DNA of 63,328 nucleotides, filler included, from Reticulomyxa filosa (Eukaryota; Protista; Foraminifera): the NCBI GenBank assembly GCA_000512085.1. It is 22 parts of 22 records of this genome, joined end to end, with 100 filler letters (N's around TTAATTAATTAA, not from the genome) between each part and the next. Parts side by side here need not be neighbours in the genome. Positions count along the whole stretch, not along the records: positions 62,070 to 63,328 come from ASPP01012777.1; 21 more parts are not named here. One strand, written 5' to 3'. This document shows, piece by piece, positions 62,840 to 63,328 of this stretch. The position numbers and the translations under genes are program-made. Below the pieces are notes generated by a model, which saw only the letters and a list, made by a program, of their open reading frames with translations, had not been told where the DNA came from and did not search any database. Numbering within the stretch: the stretch's first letter is position 1; the number at the start of each line of letters is the position of its first letter.

Positions 62840-63328
62840 TCCTCAAATACAAAAAAAACCATTATCTGTGCCATAACACAGACTAATACTACAATCACGA
62901 TTATCATTGCTTTTCTTTTTTAATTGTAAAAATTTAAAACACAATATGTTGCTGTCTCCATTGATCACATACAACTCCTTATTATTTGATCGAATATCCC
63001 AAAAACGAATTGTATTGTCATCTGATCCAGAACATATCACATTTGAACACCACCAGCTTTGGCGTCATTTACTACAAATGGTGAATATTCAACACAGGTC
63101 ACAGTGTCCGTATGTCCATTGAACACTTGAATTTCTTTGCCAGATCTAGTGTCCCATAAACGAATACTTTTATCAAATGATCCAGACAATATCGTATTTG
63201 CACAACCGTTAATTCCTAATTCATTTGATCCATATTTTACACTTATGATCACATCTTCATGTCCTTCGAATACATTCAATTGTTTGGTTGTTTCAATATC
63301 CCATATTCGAATGGTTTTATCGACTGAT
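62840..63328 (-). pseudogene. WD40-repeat family member with lesions (5' truncated)
   Basis: Same family as 43842-44609; frameshift near 63040, and the terminal IWG reads I-TGA-G. Confidence 0.75.

Noticed and set aside
62840-62848. TGA read as Trp (alternative genetic code)
   Set aside because: TGA ends intact genes here (G-alpha, SRPRB, E2), Trp is TGG elsewhere, and this copy also has a frameshift.

Overview
This is not one locus. It is an artificial concatenation of 22 short contigs joined by 100-nt linkers (N44-TTAATTAATTAA-N44), so neighbours across linkers mean nothing. 21 contigs are AT-rich, intron-containing protist DNA. The expanded WD40, TRAF/RING-like, TPR and 'MGNQ..FQTLKELP' families suggest the foraminiferan Reticulomyxa filosa or a relative (inference). 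One contig (49217-50542) is high-GC bacterial DNA carrying fpr and a CaiB/BaiF CoA-transferase. Recognisable eukaryotic genes: CAP-Gly protein, YjbQ, SRP receptor beta, TMEM53/DUF829, F-box protein, G-alpha, CC2D1-like, SLC35F5-like, NAK kinase, RAB3GAP2-like, RNF213/mysterin-like, copine, Eco1/ESCO, TPR protein, vWA-LTD protein, DDX1, a UBE2G/Cdc34-class E2, CK1 and HPPK-DHPS, plus several pseudogenes. The most interesting items are: an RNF213-like giant AAA protein in a protist; a copine fused to a WW domain and ending in a WxxF motif (missed by the ORF track); a probable inactive MT-A70 subunit of the AMT1/MTA1-type 6mA complex; a tandem pair of box C/D-type ncRNAs with covarying stems; a zinc-finger-less Eco1; and introns with GTT donors and A-rich acceptors. 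All family calls are by-eye motif recognition, and splice models are manual.
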